NCBI GenBank assembly: GCA_045593405.1
Contig: JAZNWN010000015.1
Location: 91,542 to 155,541, forward strand
Length of the DNA stretch: 64,000 bases
From: Clostridia bacterium
GTDB taxonomy: Bacteria; Bacillota; Clostridia; TANB77; CAG-508
Direction: 5' to 3'
Part shown: one piece after another, positions 37,727 through 48,410 of the stretch
How the letters are laid out: the number at the start of each line of letters is the position of its first letter
How positions within the stretch are numbered: position 1 is the first letter of the stretch
Program-made: the position numbers and the translations under genes
Notes under the pieces: generated by a model
What the model saw: only the letters and a program-made list of their open reading frames with translations
Told to the model about the DNA's origin: nothing
Databases searched by the model: none

Positions 37727-39748
37727 TTATATGTTTTCCTCTGATTTGTTATCATATTTAGATATTATATTTCCTAATTCTTTTGAAAATTCATTTAATA
37801 ATATAATTTTTATCGTTATATTTTTACCTTTTGTATAATCATCAATTATATCTTTTAATTGTATAATGCTCTTAAGCTCTGGTTCTATTTCTTTTGCATA
37901 TTTCTTTGCTCTTTCTACTAGTTTTTCCTTAATAGTTACTATGTCTTCATTATTTGCACAAGAAATTCTTTGGAATACTTGATATGGATCATAATATTTG
38001 AATATTGGTATATTCATACATTCTTTATCAAATTTTTCATAGAATATTTCCATTTTCATTGGTATATTCTTAAAGATTTTTTCTGCTTTTTCCTTGTACA
38101 TTTTGTCTTTTAGCATATCATTTATAGCATTAAAATGTGCTATTATTTCATCTACTTCTAAACTTTTTTCTCCCAAAGTTAATTCACTTAATTCTTCATT
38201 TGCATTTTCATAATAACTTGAATTAAGAGATGCCTGATTCATTCCTGCAAAAAAGATTCCTTTTATTGTTTGTATATCATAACTTATTAAGCCTTTTTTT
38301 ATAAAGTATGTAAAATATATAAACAATTTTACTGTATCTATTAAATTAATATTACCTTTTTTTACATTCTCAATTACGTCTTCAACAACTGCTAAGAATT
38401 GGTCATCTGGTATTTTCCAATATTCTTCAGTAAGTAATCTTTTATAACTTGGAAGTTTTTCTTTATCTACTGTATTTATAATTACTTCCATATCTTTTTT
38501 AAATACTTTCATATCGAATATTCTTGTTCTAACATACATTTCTATAAATTTGAAAAATCTATATTCAACTTTAAAATTGTAATAATAATTATTATCAAAT
38601 TCTTTTATATAGAACTGTCTGTTATCCATTAAAATTCTTGAAGAAACCAACATTGCTTTATATTCTTCATTGTCTTGCAAGTTCATAAATTTCTCTTTGG
38701 TTATTTTTCCTGCTTTGATTTCAAACGAAATTGCTATTGTAAATATAAGCATTGTTTGAAGTACTCTATAATTTGTGTTTGGATAATATTTGTTAACCAT
38801 TTCAAATATTTTTTTAAAATCATTTAACGCATGTTTCAAAATTCTCAAGTTTCTTGTACCGCTTTTGTTAAATGTACTAATTATATAACCAGTATTTTCT
38901 CTTAAAAATCTAATAAGTTCTGGATCATTTTCATATCTTATTAAAATTCCATTTATTATATAATTAAATTCAGGTTGATATTCAAAAGTTTCTCCTATTA
39001 GCTTTTCTTTTATTCTTTCATAGTCATTCGCTTTGTCAAAAACATATTCTATTTTGTCTCTTATTTTTTCAACCATTGGCAAATCTGTTTTTGTTAAATC
39101 GCCTTCTTTATCTAATATGTATGTTGCAATAAAAGTTTTCATTTCCAAATTACTATTTTTTAATTTTGTTGATAATTCTTTTTCATTACATATAATAATC
39201 GTTTTTATATGGTCATGTTCAACAAAGTTATTAATATAACCTAGTATATCTATAACATCTACATTCGCTCTTTCCAAATCATCAAAACATAAAATTTTAT
39301 CATCTGTTGAGAAAAATTGCGCATAGTCTACTTTATCTCCATTTTGTGTGACTCCAAAAAGGTTTGCCATATCCAATCCGGTTTTTGCATACTCAGGAAT
39401 TGTAGATTGTCCAGTTACATTCATATATTTTTTCATGTTTTTATCCATGAGTTGTGTTGTTTCTATAAATATTTTTTTACTTATTTCCTCTAGGTTAGAA
39501 ATTCCATATAGTGACATGTAAATAGTAGTATATTTTTTTCCATTTATTTTTAAAGATTCAATTTTATTTTTAACTTTATGATTCCAAAAATAAGTTTTAC
39601 CACTACCCCATTCACCATTTATCATTATAGCATAGTCTGTATAATCTGCCCTTATGTAATCTAATATACTTTCTACTAAATCCTCCACTTTCGTTCCTCC
39701 TTGATTTTCTTTTTTATCAATTAGTCTTTTGCAATTGTAACAACACAA
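37727..39748 (-). CDS. KAP family P-loop NTPase
   Basis: Walker A GEWGSGKTYF and a KAP-type Walker B ILCFDDLER. ~670 aa with N-terminal Cys cluster (MCCYNCK). Confidence 0.65.
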   Translation of the reverse strand: MCCYNCKRLIDKKENQGGTKVEDLVESILDYIRADYTDYAIMINGEWGSGKTYFWNHKVKNKIESLKINGKKYTTIYMSLYGISNLEEISKKIFIETTQLMDKNMKKYMNVTGQSTIPEYAKTGLDMANLFGVTQNGDKVDYAQFFSTDDKILCFDDLERANVDVIDILGYINNFVEHDHIKTIIICNEKELSTKLKNSNLEMKTFIATYILDKEGDLTKTDLPMVEKIRDKIEYVFDKANDYERIKEKLIGETFEYQPEFNYIINGILIRYENDPELIRFLRENTGYIISTFNKSGTRNLRILKHALNDFKKIFEMVNKYYPNTNYRVLQTMLIFTIAISFEIKAGKITKEKFMNLQDNEEYKAMLVSSRILMDNRQFYIKEFDNNYYYNFKVEYRFFKFIEMYVRTRIFDMKVFKKDMEVIINTVDKEKLPSYKRLLTEEYWKIPDDQFLAVVEDVIENVKKGNINLIDTVKLFIYFTYFIKKGLISYDIQTIKGIFFAGMNQASLNSSYYENANEELSELTLGEKSLEVDEIIAHFNAINDMLKDKMYKEKAEKIFKNIPMKMEIFYEKFDKECMNIPIFKYYDPYQVFQRISCANNEDIVTIKEKLVERAKKYAKEIEPELKSIIQLKDIIDDYTKGKNITIKIILLNEFSKELGNIISKYDNKSEENI

Positions 39749-40371
39749 ATTTCTTTGGCTCCAGCCTTTTTTAAAAGTTTGCTACATTCATTTACTGTAC
39801 TTCCTGTTGTATATATATCATCAATTAATATAATTTTTTTACCCTCTATTATTGTATTATCTGTTACAAAAAATGCACCTTTTACATTTTTTGCTCTTCG
39901 GGTTTTAGTTAATGTACTTTGAACATTGGTATTTTTTACTTTTATTAAAACATCTTTTTCAAAGTATATTTCCATATCTCTTGCAATTTTTCTTGCAATC
40001 AATTCACTTTGATTATATCCTCTTACGGATTTCTTAAGTTTGTGCATTGGAACTGCAATTATTATATCATATAATTTTAAAAATCTATATATTTTTTCAT
40101 TTTTTATTATAATTTTTGAAAAAGTTTTATACAAATATGAATTTTCATTAAATTTATATTTAATCAGTGTCTCCCTAACATAATTTTCATATTTTAAAGC
40201 ACAATATAAATAGTCAAAATACTTTTGTTTGTCACGCGTATAATCTTTAATACAACTTATTTCGTATTTTGATAGGCTTAATTCACAGTTTTTACACAAA
40301 CTGTTGCTATTTATTTTGTTGCAAAATCCACAAACATTTGGGAAAATAAGATTTAAAAATTTCTCGAACAT
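39721..40371 (-). CDS. ComF family protein (double zinc ribbon plus phosphoribosyltransferase domain)
   Basis: CGFC...CKNC zinc-ribbon pairs and PRTase motif KKIILIDDIYTTGSTV. Start overlaps the KAP NTPase gene end by 28 nt. Confidence 0.65.
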   Translation of the reverse strand: MFEKFLNLIFPNVCGFCNKINSNSLCKNCELSLSKYEISCIKDYTRDKQKYFDYLYCALKYENYVRETLIKYKFNENSYLYKTFSKIIIKNEKIYRFLKLYDIIIAVPMHKLKKSVRGYNQSELIARKIARDMEIYFEKDVLIKVKNTNVQSTLTKTRRAKNVKGAFFVTDNTIIEGKKIILIDDIYTTGSTVNECSKLLKKAGAKEICVVTIAKD

Positions 40372-40452
40372 AAGGATTCCTTTGAACTTAAATGATTTTG
40401 AATAATTATGAATTAGATAATGATTTGTTTAAAATAATCTTATAAAATATTT

Positions 40453-40480
40453 GTAGGGGCGATTTTAATCGCCCCTACAT
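40453..40480. repeat. Singlet REP TGTAGGGGCGATTTTAATCGCCCCTACA
   Basis: Perfect hairpin with both family termini. Confidence 0.75.
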
Positions 40481-40493
40481 CTATAAAAAATTT

Positions 40494-42179
40494 TTATCTA
40501 ATAATTTTATTTGTTGTTGTTTTGTTAAACTCTTTTTCACGTATTTCTACTTTACTAATTTTCTTATATAATGGTAATACTTTGCAAGCATTTGAAATGT
40601 CTTTATGTAGTTTTTCTTCTTTTTCTTCGTCTGATATTTTTAATTCTTCTAGTTTTTCTTTATTTAAAAACACTTCTGCAAGTAGTGCGACTTCTTGCTC
40701 TTGTTCATTTTTTATTCCTCTTACTACAACTTCTTGCACATATTCTATTCCCATTATATAGTTTTCTATTTCTTCTGGAAATACATTTTTTCCGTTATCT
40801 AGAACTATTAAATTTTTCTTTCTACCTGTAATTAATAATTGTCCATGCTCATTTATTTTCCCGTAATCACCTGTGTAGAACCAACCTTTTTTTAATACCT
40901 CATCTGTTAATTCTTGGTTTTTATAGTAACCCTTCATTACTATATCACCCTTTACACAAATTTCTCCTTCTCCATCTTCTGTTATATCTTCAAGTTTTAT
41001 GCTACAGCATAAAAGTGGCATCCCAACAGTTCTTGGATCATTAAAATCGTCCATATTAGCACTTACAAGTGGAGAACATTCTGTAATTCCATAACCATTT
41101 ATTAAATTAATTCCTATAGAATCGAAAAAGTCTCCAAGTTCAGCTCTTACTGGTGCTCCTCCAACTACTATTTTAATTAAATTTCCACCAAAAGCATTAT
41201 GTACAGATTTAAATAATGTTCTTCTTTTATCTATTCCTAATTTTCTTAAAAAATTGCTTAAACCTATTAATATCTTAAGTCCCGTATCTTTATGTTCTTT
41301 TTTTGCAGTAGCCCATATTTTTTTATAGAATAATTCTGCAAACGCTGGAACTACATATATGTAATCTGGTTTAAATGTTTGTAAATTTTTAAGTACATTC
41401 TTTAAATTATCATTTATACATATTGTTACATGTTTGTGAAGTGCCACTAAAATACCTGCAACAGCCTCATATGTGTGATGGTAAGGCAATACAGATAAAC
41501 ATCTAGTATATACATTTGATACTTGCAAGCCATAATAAACACAACTAACTAAATTTTTTTCTGTAAGCATTACACCTTTTGATTTTCCTGTTGTTCCAGA
41601 TGTATATACAAGCATTCTTAAATCTTCTGGAATTGTTATAATTTCAATATATGTTTTATTTCCCTCATCATATAGTTTTTTACCTACTTCTCTAAATTCT
41701 CTATAAGATAAAATATTTTCTTCTGACTTATCTCTCTCAAATCCTATAAAATATTCAATTTCTGGAAGTTCTTGTTTTATTTCTTCTATATTTTTTTCAA
41801 ATCTATCACTATAAAACAAGACTTTACTATCACTGTGTCTTAATACTTCAATTATATCTTTAACAGGCAATTCTTTATCTACTGGAACAATAACTCCATT
41901 TGTTTTAAGCACTGTTAAATATACTGTAAGCCAATCATATGAGTTATCTCCTATTACTGCTATATGTGATTCGTGTAAGTTTTTATTAGCTAAAGCTGTT
42001 CCCAAATAAAAAGTATCATCCTGGAATTCTTTATACTTTACCTCCACTACTTTATCTTTTTGTCTATACATAAAAGCTGTTTGGTCTCCAGCTTGTTCTA
42101 CTGCAATCTCCAACATTTCCTTAATTGTATAAAATTTTTCAACTTTATTATAATTCAAACTACGCATCTCCTTTTCCAT
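40494..42179 (-). CDS. AMP-dependent synthetase/ligase (long-chain acyl-CoA synthetase-like)
   Basis: AMP-binding motif LVYTSGTTGKSKGVMLT, YGITE, GDIVMKGY...GWFYTGD; 561 aa. Confidence 0.8.
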   Translation of the reverse strand: MEKEMRSLNYNKVEKFYTIKEMLEIAVEQAGDQTAFMYRQKDKVVEVKYKEFQDDTFYLGTALANKNLHESHIAVIGDNSYDWLTVYLTVLKTNGVIVPVDKELPVKDIIEVLRHSDSKVLFYSDRFEKNIEEIKQELPEIEYFIGFERDKSEENILSYREFREVGKKLYDEGNKTYIEIITIPEDLRMLVYTSGTTGKSKGVMLTEKNLVSCVYYGLQVSNVYTRCLSVLPYHHTYEAVAGILVALHKHVTICINDNLKNVLKNLQTFKPDYIYVVPAFAELFYKKIWATAKKEHKDTGLKILIGLSNFLRKLGIDKRRTLFKSVHNAFGGNLIKIVVGGAPVRAELGDFFDSIGINLINGYGITECSPLVSANMDDFNDPRTVGMPLLCCSIKLEDITEDGEGEICVKGDIVMKGYYKNQELTDEVLKKGWFYTGDYGKINEHGQLLITGRKKNLIVLDNGKNVFPEEIENYIMGIEYVQEVVVRGIKNEQEQEVALLAEVFLNKEKLEELKISDEEKEEKLHKDISNACKVLPLYKKISKVEIREKEFNKTTTNKIIR

Positions 42180-42230
42180 TAGTTTCCAGTAGTATTATAC
42201 TTTTTATTTTTTAAGATGTCAATTATTTTT

Positions 42231-43106
42231 TTACTTAAAACCTTCACCATATACTTCTCTTGCATTTGTTATTATTAAAAATGCTTTTTTGTCTATTTGT
42301 TTTATAATCTTTCTTATTTCTCTTACTTCTCCTCTAGATGCTACACATAGTAAAAGTTTTTTCTCTTCTTCTTTATACATTCCTTTTCCATAAATTGCTG
42401 TAGTTCCTCTTCTTATTTTTTTAATTATTTCATCTGATATTTCTTGATATTTAGGAGATATAATTATTATCATTTTTGCAAAATCAATTCCTTCAAAAAA
42501 TAAATCAATAACTTTTCCCATTATATAAATTGCAATTGCTGAATATAAACCAATCTCTATTTCTCTAAAAGCAATTGTATTTGCAATTACTATAATTGTA
42601 TCTATTAAAACAATAATATTTCCAGGTCTTATATCTGATTTATATGATTTCATTATTTGAGCAAGTAAATCTGACCCTCCTGTTGAAGCATTTGCATTAA
42701 ACACAATGGTCGTTCCAATTCCAGAAAGAATTCCTCCATATATACATGCTAAAAATCCAGAACGAGTTACTGTATTAATATTTTCAAATAAATTTAAAAA
42801 TAACGATAAAGATATAGTTCCAACCAATGAATTTAAAAAAAATTTTTTACCATTTTTTATTAATGCTATTAAAAACAAAGGAATATTTAGAACCATAACT
42901 GATGTACCAACAGGTATATTAAGTAAATAATATCCTATTGTTCCAATACCAGAAAAACCTCCAACTGATAGCTGATTAGGTAATAAAAATAAATCTATAG
43001 AAATTGCCATTAAAAGCGTACCAAATAAAATTTGTAATAAATTTATTATTCTTTTCCTAAAATTAATTATCCTTCTTTTCTCTCTAAATCTCATAAAAAC
43101 ACCCAT
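42231..43106 (-). CDS. YitT family membrane protein (DUF161/DUF2179)
   Basis: Multi-TM N-terminal region with the family GG motifs and a C-terminal DUF2179-like domain (REVREIRKIIKQIDKKAFLIITNAREVYGEGF). Confidence 0.65.
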   Translation of the reverse strand: MGVFMRFREKRRIINFRKRIINLLQILFGTLLMAISIDLFLLPNQLSVGGFSGIGTIGYYLLNIPVGTSVMVLNIPLFLIALIKNGKKFFLNSLVGTISLSLFLNLFENINTVTRSGFLACIYGGILSGIGTTIVFNANASTGGSDLLAQIMKSYKSDIRPGNIIVLIDTIIVIANTIAFREIEIGLYSAIAIYIMGKVIDLFFEGIDFAKMIIIISPKYQEISDEIIKKIRRGTTAIYGKGMYKEEEKKLLLCVASRGEVREIRKIIKQIDKKAFLIITNAREVYGEGFK

Positions 43107-43147
43107 ATTAGTATGAGTGTTTTTTTAGTTATTTATTCCATTTTTAA

Positions 43148-43396
43148 TTACCCTAAATCTTCGCTTTCCAAAAGTTCAAAGTTTGGATTAAAGAAAATAT
43201 TTGCAGATAACTGATCATCTAATTCTAAAATATTTTTTATTCTAGTTATTTCTATTGCAGAAAAATCTTTTTGTCCATTTAACTTTTTTGTTAAAGTATT
43301 ATAGCTAACACCTATCATTTTAGCTAGATAACTTCTTTTTATTTGTTTTTTTATTAATAATAATTTTAGTCTTTCTCCTATTAATTTTGGGTCCAT
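43148..43396 (-). CDS. XRE-family HTH transcriptional regulator
   Basis: LKLLLIKKQIKRSYLAKMIGVSYNTLTKKLNGQKDFSAIEITRIKNIL is a classic HTH_3. Confidence 0.6.
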   Translation of the reverse strand: MDPKLIGERLKLLLIKKQIKRSYLAKMIGVSYNTLTKKLNGQKDFSAIEITRIKNILELDDQLSANIFFNPNFELLESEDLG

Positions 43397-43549
43397 TTCC
43401 CGCTCCTTTTTTTGCTATGTTTCTTTTCAAGAAACATATTATAATATTTTTTTCTTTTTGTCAACATATTTAATAATTTTTTTATTGTTTCATTTACTTC
43501 TTGAAAATTACATGTTATAATTTGTTTGATAAAAATATTGGGGGTTAAA

Positions 43550-43786
43550 ATGAATTATTTATTTCCAGAAAGATTTCAAGAATTATTAGATAATAGTTCT
43601 ATCACTTATGATGAACTTATAAAAAAATTAGGAATAAAATCTAGAGGTACAATTACAAAATATACTAATGGTCAAATAAGAAATGTTGGTATTCCTATGA
43701 TTTGTAAGATTGCTGAAATATTTGAAGTTTCTCCAGTTTGGCTAATTGGATGGTCTAATAATAAGAATTTTAAAATAGAAGATTAG
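43550..43786 (+). CDS. XRE-family HTH regulator (Cro/CI-like), divergent from 43148-43396
   Basis: FQELLDNSSITYDELIKKLGIKSRGTITKYTNGQIRNVGIPMICKIAEIFEVSPVWLIGW; GGGGGT RBS before ATG 43550. Confidence 0.55.
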   Translation: MNYLFPERFQELLDNSSITYDELIKKLGIKSRGTITKYTNGQIRNVGIPMICKIAEIFEVSPVWLIGWSNNKNFKIED

Positions 43787-43794
43787 ATAAAAAA

Positions 43795-43832
43795 AATCTA
43801 GTATATTTAATACTAGATTTTTTTATATGTCA
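43795..43832 (+). terminator. Terminator hairpin AAAAAATCTAGTATATTTAATACTAGATTTTTTT
   Basis: Perfect stem followed by a T-run after the XRE gene. Confidence 0.55.
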
Positions 43833-43901
43833 ATTGATTTATTTAAATTAGTATGACTTTTCATCGACAAAAAATGATTAAAAATAATATATTATAATAA
43901 A

Positions 43902-43929
43902 TGTAAGGGCGTATGATTACACCCCTATA
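43902..43929. repeat. Degenerate REP TGTAAGGGCGTATGATTACACCCCTATA
   Basis: Family termini with a decayed stem. Confidence 0.45.
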
Positions 43930-43956
43930 AATATTTATATTTTAGTTTCTTATTCT

Positions 43957-45012
43957 CTATTCATCCAAAAAATCTTTATATGTTTTTATAATACTTAGTT
44001 TAAATTTCCCTGGTTTTATTTCTTGGTTTTGTTTTATTTTTAATTCTAAGTCATATGTTTCTTTTAATTTTTCTATATTATTTCTTTTATGTCCCACTAC
44101 ATTGTTTACATTCACAGGATTCACTTCTATTTCAGCCTCTATTACCTTTATATTAAATTTTTTAATTTTATTTAAAATATTGTCATACCATATGCTATCC
44201 TCTACAAGCTGTCCAAATGCTTCGTGATATGGTCCCGCCACTACTTCACTTTCTACATTCTCTGGATTTGAAATTAAATCTGTATTTTGAAGTCCTATTC
44301 TTATTACTTTTATTTTCTTTTTTCCAAAGAAATAAACTAATTCTTTACATACTTCTACTGCTTGTGTTAGAGTTACAGGTTCATATTCTTGTTTTTTATA
44401 TTCTGCTTCTAGTTCTGTATTTTTTATTACTAAAACTGGATATAGTCTAATAATTTTTGGTTTTAGTTTTGCTAAATCTCTTGCTGTATTTAATTCATCT
44501 AATCTTGTGCTTTCTGGAAGTCCTATCATCATTTGATGTCCAAGTACAAATCCAAATCTTCTTATTAATTTAGAAGCTTTCTTCACATCCTCAAATGTAT
44601 GCCCTCTTTTACATTTTTTTAGAATATAATCATTTGTAGATTGTACTCCTAATTCTATTGTTTTTACTCCATATTTTTTTAATAATTTTAGTTTATCTTT
44701 GTCTATGTAATCTGGTCTTGTAGAAACTCTTATTCCACTTATTATACCTTCTTTTACATATTCATATGCAACAGATAGTAATTCTTCTTGTATCTTTGTT
44801 TCTATCCCTGTAAAGCTTCCTCCAAAAAAGGCTATTTCTTTTTCTATATCATTATTTTTAAAGCTTTTTAAAAATTCTTTTATTGTTTCTCTTACTTCTT
44901 TTCCTGTAATATTCTTCATTTGCCCACTTATACTTTTTTGGTTACAAAATGTACAATTATTAGGGCATCCTAAATGTGGTACAAATATTGGTATTATATA
45001 TTTTTCTGACAT
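43957..45012 (-). CDS. Radical SAM protein (ELP3/YhcC-like family)
   Basis: CPNNCTFC CX3CX2C cluster near the N-terminus; start MSEKY preceded by an AAAGGAA RBS. Confidence 0.65.
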   Translation of the reverse strand: MSEKYIIPIFVPHLGCPNNCTFCNQKSISGQMKNITGKEVRETIKEFLKSFKNNDIEKEIAFFGGSFTGIETKIQEELLSVAYEYVKEGIISGIRVSTRPDYIDKDKLKLLKKYGVKTIELGVQSTNDYILKKCKRGHTFEDVKKASKLIRRFGFVLGHQMMIGLPESTRLDELNTARDLAKLKPKIIRLYPVLVIKNTELEAEYKKQEYEPVTLTQAVEVCKELVYFFGKKKIKVIRIGLQNTDLISNPENVESEVVAGPYHEAFGQLVEDSIWYDNILNKIKKFNIKVIEAEIEVNPVNVNNVVGHKRNNIEKLKETYDLELKIKQNQEIKPGKFKLSIIKTYKDFLDE

Positions 45013-45025
45013 AATTGTTCCTTTC

Positions 45026-45712
45026 TTATTTATTTTTTTCATTGAAATTTATTAATACTTTATGGGCCGCTTCCATTTCTGCTTGTTTTTTAGTAGTGCC
45101 TGTCCCTGTTGCCAAACTTTTTCCATTACATTTTACTTCTGCAGTAAAAATTTTACTATGGTCTGGTCCATCTTCATTTATAATATTATATTCTATATGT
45201 ACACTTCCATGCTCTTGTAATTTTTCTTGCAAAACAGTCTTATAATCTTTTTTCCCTACATTCTTGCTTGCACTTTTAATAGCTTCTTGTAAATTTTCTA
45301 CTATAAATTTTTTAGCATTTTCTAATCCCGAATCTAAGTATATTGCTGCAATTAATGCTTCTACGCTATCTGCTAAAATTGCAGGTTTTGTATTTCCTTG
45401 GCATGCCTTTTCGCTTTTTCCTATAATTAAGAAATCACTAAAATTATGCTTTAATGCTATCTTGTATAAACTTTCTTCACAAACTACACTTGCTCTAACT
45501 TTAGTCATTTCTCCTTCTTTTAGTTTTTTGTAATTTTCATATAAATACTGACTTGTTACAAACTCTAAAATTGCATCGCCTAGAAATTCTAATTTCTCAT
45601 TACTAAGAATTCTATTTTCATTTGCATATGATTTATGTGTAAGTGCTGTTTGTAGTAATTTTTTGTTTTTAAAATTGTAACCTATGTATTCTTCAAATTT
45701 CTCTAATTTCAT
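45026..45712 (-). CDS. rnc: Ribonuclease III
   Basis: RNase III signature ERLEFLGDAILEF plus a C-terminal dsRBD; 228 aa. Confidence 0.9.
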   Translation of the reverse strand: MKLEKFEEYIGYNFKNKKLLQTALTHKSYANENRILSNEKLEFLGDAILEFVTSQYLYENYKKLKEGEMTKVRASVVCEESLYKIALKHNFSDFLIIGKSEKACQGNTKPAILADSVEALIAAIYLDSGLENAKKFIVENLQEAIKSASKNVGKKDYKTVLQEKLQEHGSVHIEYNIINEDGPDHSKIFTAEVKCNGKSLATGTGTTKKQAEMEAAHKVLINFNEKNK

Positions 45713-45746
45713 CCTTTCACCTCCCTATTTTTTAATTCTATTTGTT

Positions 45747-45793
45747 TGTAGGGGCAAACTCTGTTCACCCATGCTTCGAAAATCACCCCTATA
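45747..45793. repeat. Decayed REPIN remnant TGTAGGGGCAAACTCTGTTCACCC-ATGCTTCGAAAA-TCACCCCTATA
   Basis: Retains termini and the CTTCGAA spacer but its stems are mutated. Confidence 0.45.
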
Positions 45794-46909
45794 TTATTTC
45801 ATCAAACTTCGTATTTCAGCATAAATTCTGTCTTCTACATTTTGTATTGCTACCTCTTCTGAATTTTTACTCATTTTTAGTTGTAGCTCTTCATTATTTA
45901 TAATTTCTTGTATTTTTCTATTTAATATATCCTTGTTTAAGTCCTTGTCTAAGATTATTTCTGCAGCTCCAACATTTGCAAGTACTTTTGCATTATATTC
46001 TTGGTGATTTTCTGTTGCATATGGATATGGAATAAATATTGCAGGTTTTGCAAGTAGAGATACTTCTGTTATTGTCATTGCACCGCTTCTAGCAACAATT
46101 AAATCTGCCAAACTCATAACTTCTTGCATATTATAAATATATGGAACAATGCTCGCATTCTTTATATTATTTATATTTAGTCCTATTTGTTTTAAAGATT
46201 GTTTTATATCATCATATTGTTTTTGACCTACTGCCCAAATAATATGATATTTTTCATTCAACTTATTCTCTATTATTCCTAATAGCGCATTATTTATAGA
46301 TTTTGCCCCTTGGCTTCCTCCATAAACTAATACTATTGGTAAATTGCTTTTTATTGACAATTGTTTCTTTATTTCTTCTTTTTGTGTTTTGTCTAAATTT
46401 TGTTTTCTTAATTTTGTAGGAGTACCTGTTACCACTACTTTTCTAGCCTTTGGAAGTCTTTTTTTTGTATCTTCAAATCCAACTAAAACCTCGTCAACTT
46501 TTCCAGATAATAGCTTTACTGTTACCCCTGGGTATGCATTACTTTCATGTAATATACTTGGAATTTTATATTTATTTGCTGCTAAAAGCACAGGTCCACA
46601 GATATATCCACCTGTTCCAATAACAATATCTGGATTTAATTTTTTTATTAAATTTTTTGCCTTTTTAAAACTGCTTATTGTCTTACACATGTTCTTAAAA
46701 TTTTGTATACTAATTTTTCTACTAATGCCATAAGCTTCTATTCTTTCCAAGTCATATCCAGCCCTTGGTACTAAATCATTTTCAAGACCTCTTAATGTAC
46801 CTATAAAAGTTATTTTTGCATTTTTATTTTCTTTTTTTATTTTATTTGCAATTGCAATTCCTGGATTTATATGACCTCCAGTTCCAGCTGCTGCTATAAC
46901 AACTTTCAT
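45794..46909 (-). CDS. murG: UDP-N-acetylglucosamine--N-acetylmuramyl-(pentapeptide) pyrophosphoryl-undecaprenol N-acetylglucosamine transferase
   Basis: MKVVIAAAGTGGHINPGIAIA... N-terminus and C-terminal GGSQGA motif; 371 aa; in the dcw cluster. Confidence 0.9.
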   Translation of the reverse strand: MKVVIAAAGTGGHINPGIAIANKIKKENKNAKITFIGTLRGLENDLVPRAGYDLERIEAYGISRKISIQNFKNMCKTISSFKKAKNLIKKLNPDIVIGTGGYICGPVLLAANKYKIPSILHESNAYPGVTVKLLSGKVDEVLVGFEDTKKRLPKARKVVVTGTPTKLRKQNLDKTQKEEIKKQLSIKSNLPIVLVYGGSQGAKSINNALLGIIENKLNEKYHIIWAVGQKQYDDIKQSLKQIGLNINNIKNASIVPYIYNMQEVMSLADLIVARSGAMTITEVSLLAKPAIFIPYPYATENHQEYNAKVLANVGAAEIILDKDLNKDILNRKIQEIINNEELQLKMSKNSEEVAIQNVEDRIYAEIRSLMK

Positions 46910-47067
46910 TTTATCACCTACTTTTTAGAATGATACGTATTAAATGTATCCCTATTCGCATTTAAATATATAATATTTTAGATGTGTGAAGTATTAATTT
47001 AGGAATAGGCTTTAAAGAACTTTCATTAACAGCACACATCCCACTTTTCACTTCATTTTCAATTATT

Positions 47068-48213
47068 TTAAATTTTTTCTGTATGTCGTGATATGTTTAA
47101 TAACACCCCTACTGCACATAGTAAAATTATTAGTGATGTTCCTCCATAACTAAAGAATGGCAACGCTATACCTGTTACTGGCATTGAGGATGTAACAACC
47201 GCTATATTTATAATTGCTTGCAATCCTATTAGAGATGTTATTCCTACAGCAAGTAGGCTTCCAAACATATCTGGTGCTTTCATACTTATTATTATTCCTC
47301 TCCAAACAAATAGTAAAAATAGAATTATAACTGCTGCACATCCTATAAAGCCTAATTCCTCTGCAAGAACAGCAAATATAAAATCGTTATGTGGTTCTGA
47401 TATATATAAATATTTTTGTGTACTATTTCCAAGCCCTACTCCAAAAAGTCCTCCTGAACCAATTGCATATAAACTTTGTATTATTTGCCATCCATCTCCT
47501 TGTGGATCTAACCAAGGATTTAAAAATGAATATATTCTTGTTAATCTAAAACTTCCCATATTAAAGAATTTTGCAAGTATAAACATTAATGATAATCCTG
47601 CTCCTGCTCCAACACTTCCAAATACCGCAAAATGAGAGAACTTAGTTCCTGCCATCATCATCATGATTGATAATACTAAAATTATAACTACAGATGCACT
47701 AAAATGTGATTGTACTAGTAATAATATTAATATCGGAGGAGCTATGAAATAAATAATCGGTTTAAAAAAACCTTTCCAAATATGTTTTAACTCATTTCTG
47801 TGTTTACTTAAATATGCCGCAAAAAATAGTATTAATCCTAGTTTTGTTACTTCAGATGGTTGTGCTGACCCAAATACAGGAATACTAATCCATCTTGTTG
47901 CTCCATTAATTGTTCTTCCTAAACCAGGTACCAATACTAATAATAATATTATTACTGAAAAAGCATATGCAATTTTATAGTACTTTTCATATCTTCTATA
48001 ATCTATTTTTGATATAACAAGCATTGCTGTTATTCCTATTGCTGCTGAAATCGCTTGTTTATATACATATGTATAACTACTTCCTGTTGTAGATAATGAA
48101 GATGGCGAACTTGCAGAAAGTACCATAGTAATTCCGCATACATATTAAAATTAATACTATTATAAATAGTACAAAATCAAATGATTTATTTAGTTCTTTT
48201 TTATTTTTTTTGT
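47068..48213 (-). CDS. ftsW: SEDS family cell-division/sporulation protein FtsW/SpoVE; needs a +1 shift at in-frame CGG (+ strand CCG 48134-48136)
   Basis: The 352-aa ORF lacks the first TM helix. Upstream, a GTG start (RBS AGAGAGGAAAA) at 48211-48213 encodes VQKNKKNKKELNKSFDFVLFIIVLILICM, then skipping the C of ATG-CGG-AAT joins ...ICM-GITMVLSASSPSS. Confidence 0.75.
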
Positions 48214-48410
48214 TTTTTTGCACTATATTTTCCTCTCTTTTATTAAAAAGTCTGCCAAATCTCGTCCGGAATTATATATTTTTATTAGCTTATTTGTTTC
48301 CAGTGACATTACAAAAATTAACCTTTAGCAACCCCTGGTTGCTCACTAACAAAATTTTCTTTTAAAATATATAAACTTTTATAGCTGGCTACTTTATCTT
48401 ATATAAAAAT

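Noticed and set aside
43500-43523. Sigma-A promoter TTGAAA...TATAAT in the XRE intergenic region
   Set aside because: Spacing between the hexamers is only 9 nt. It is not a valid -35/-10 pair.
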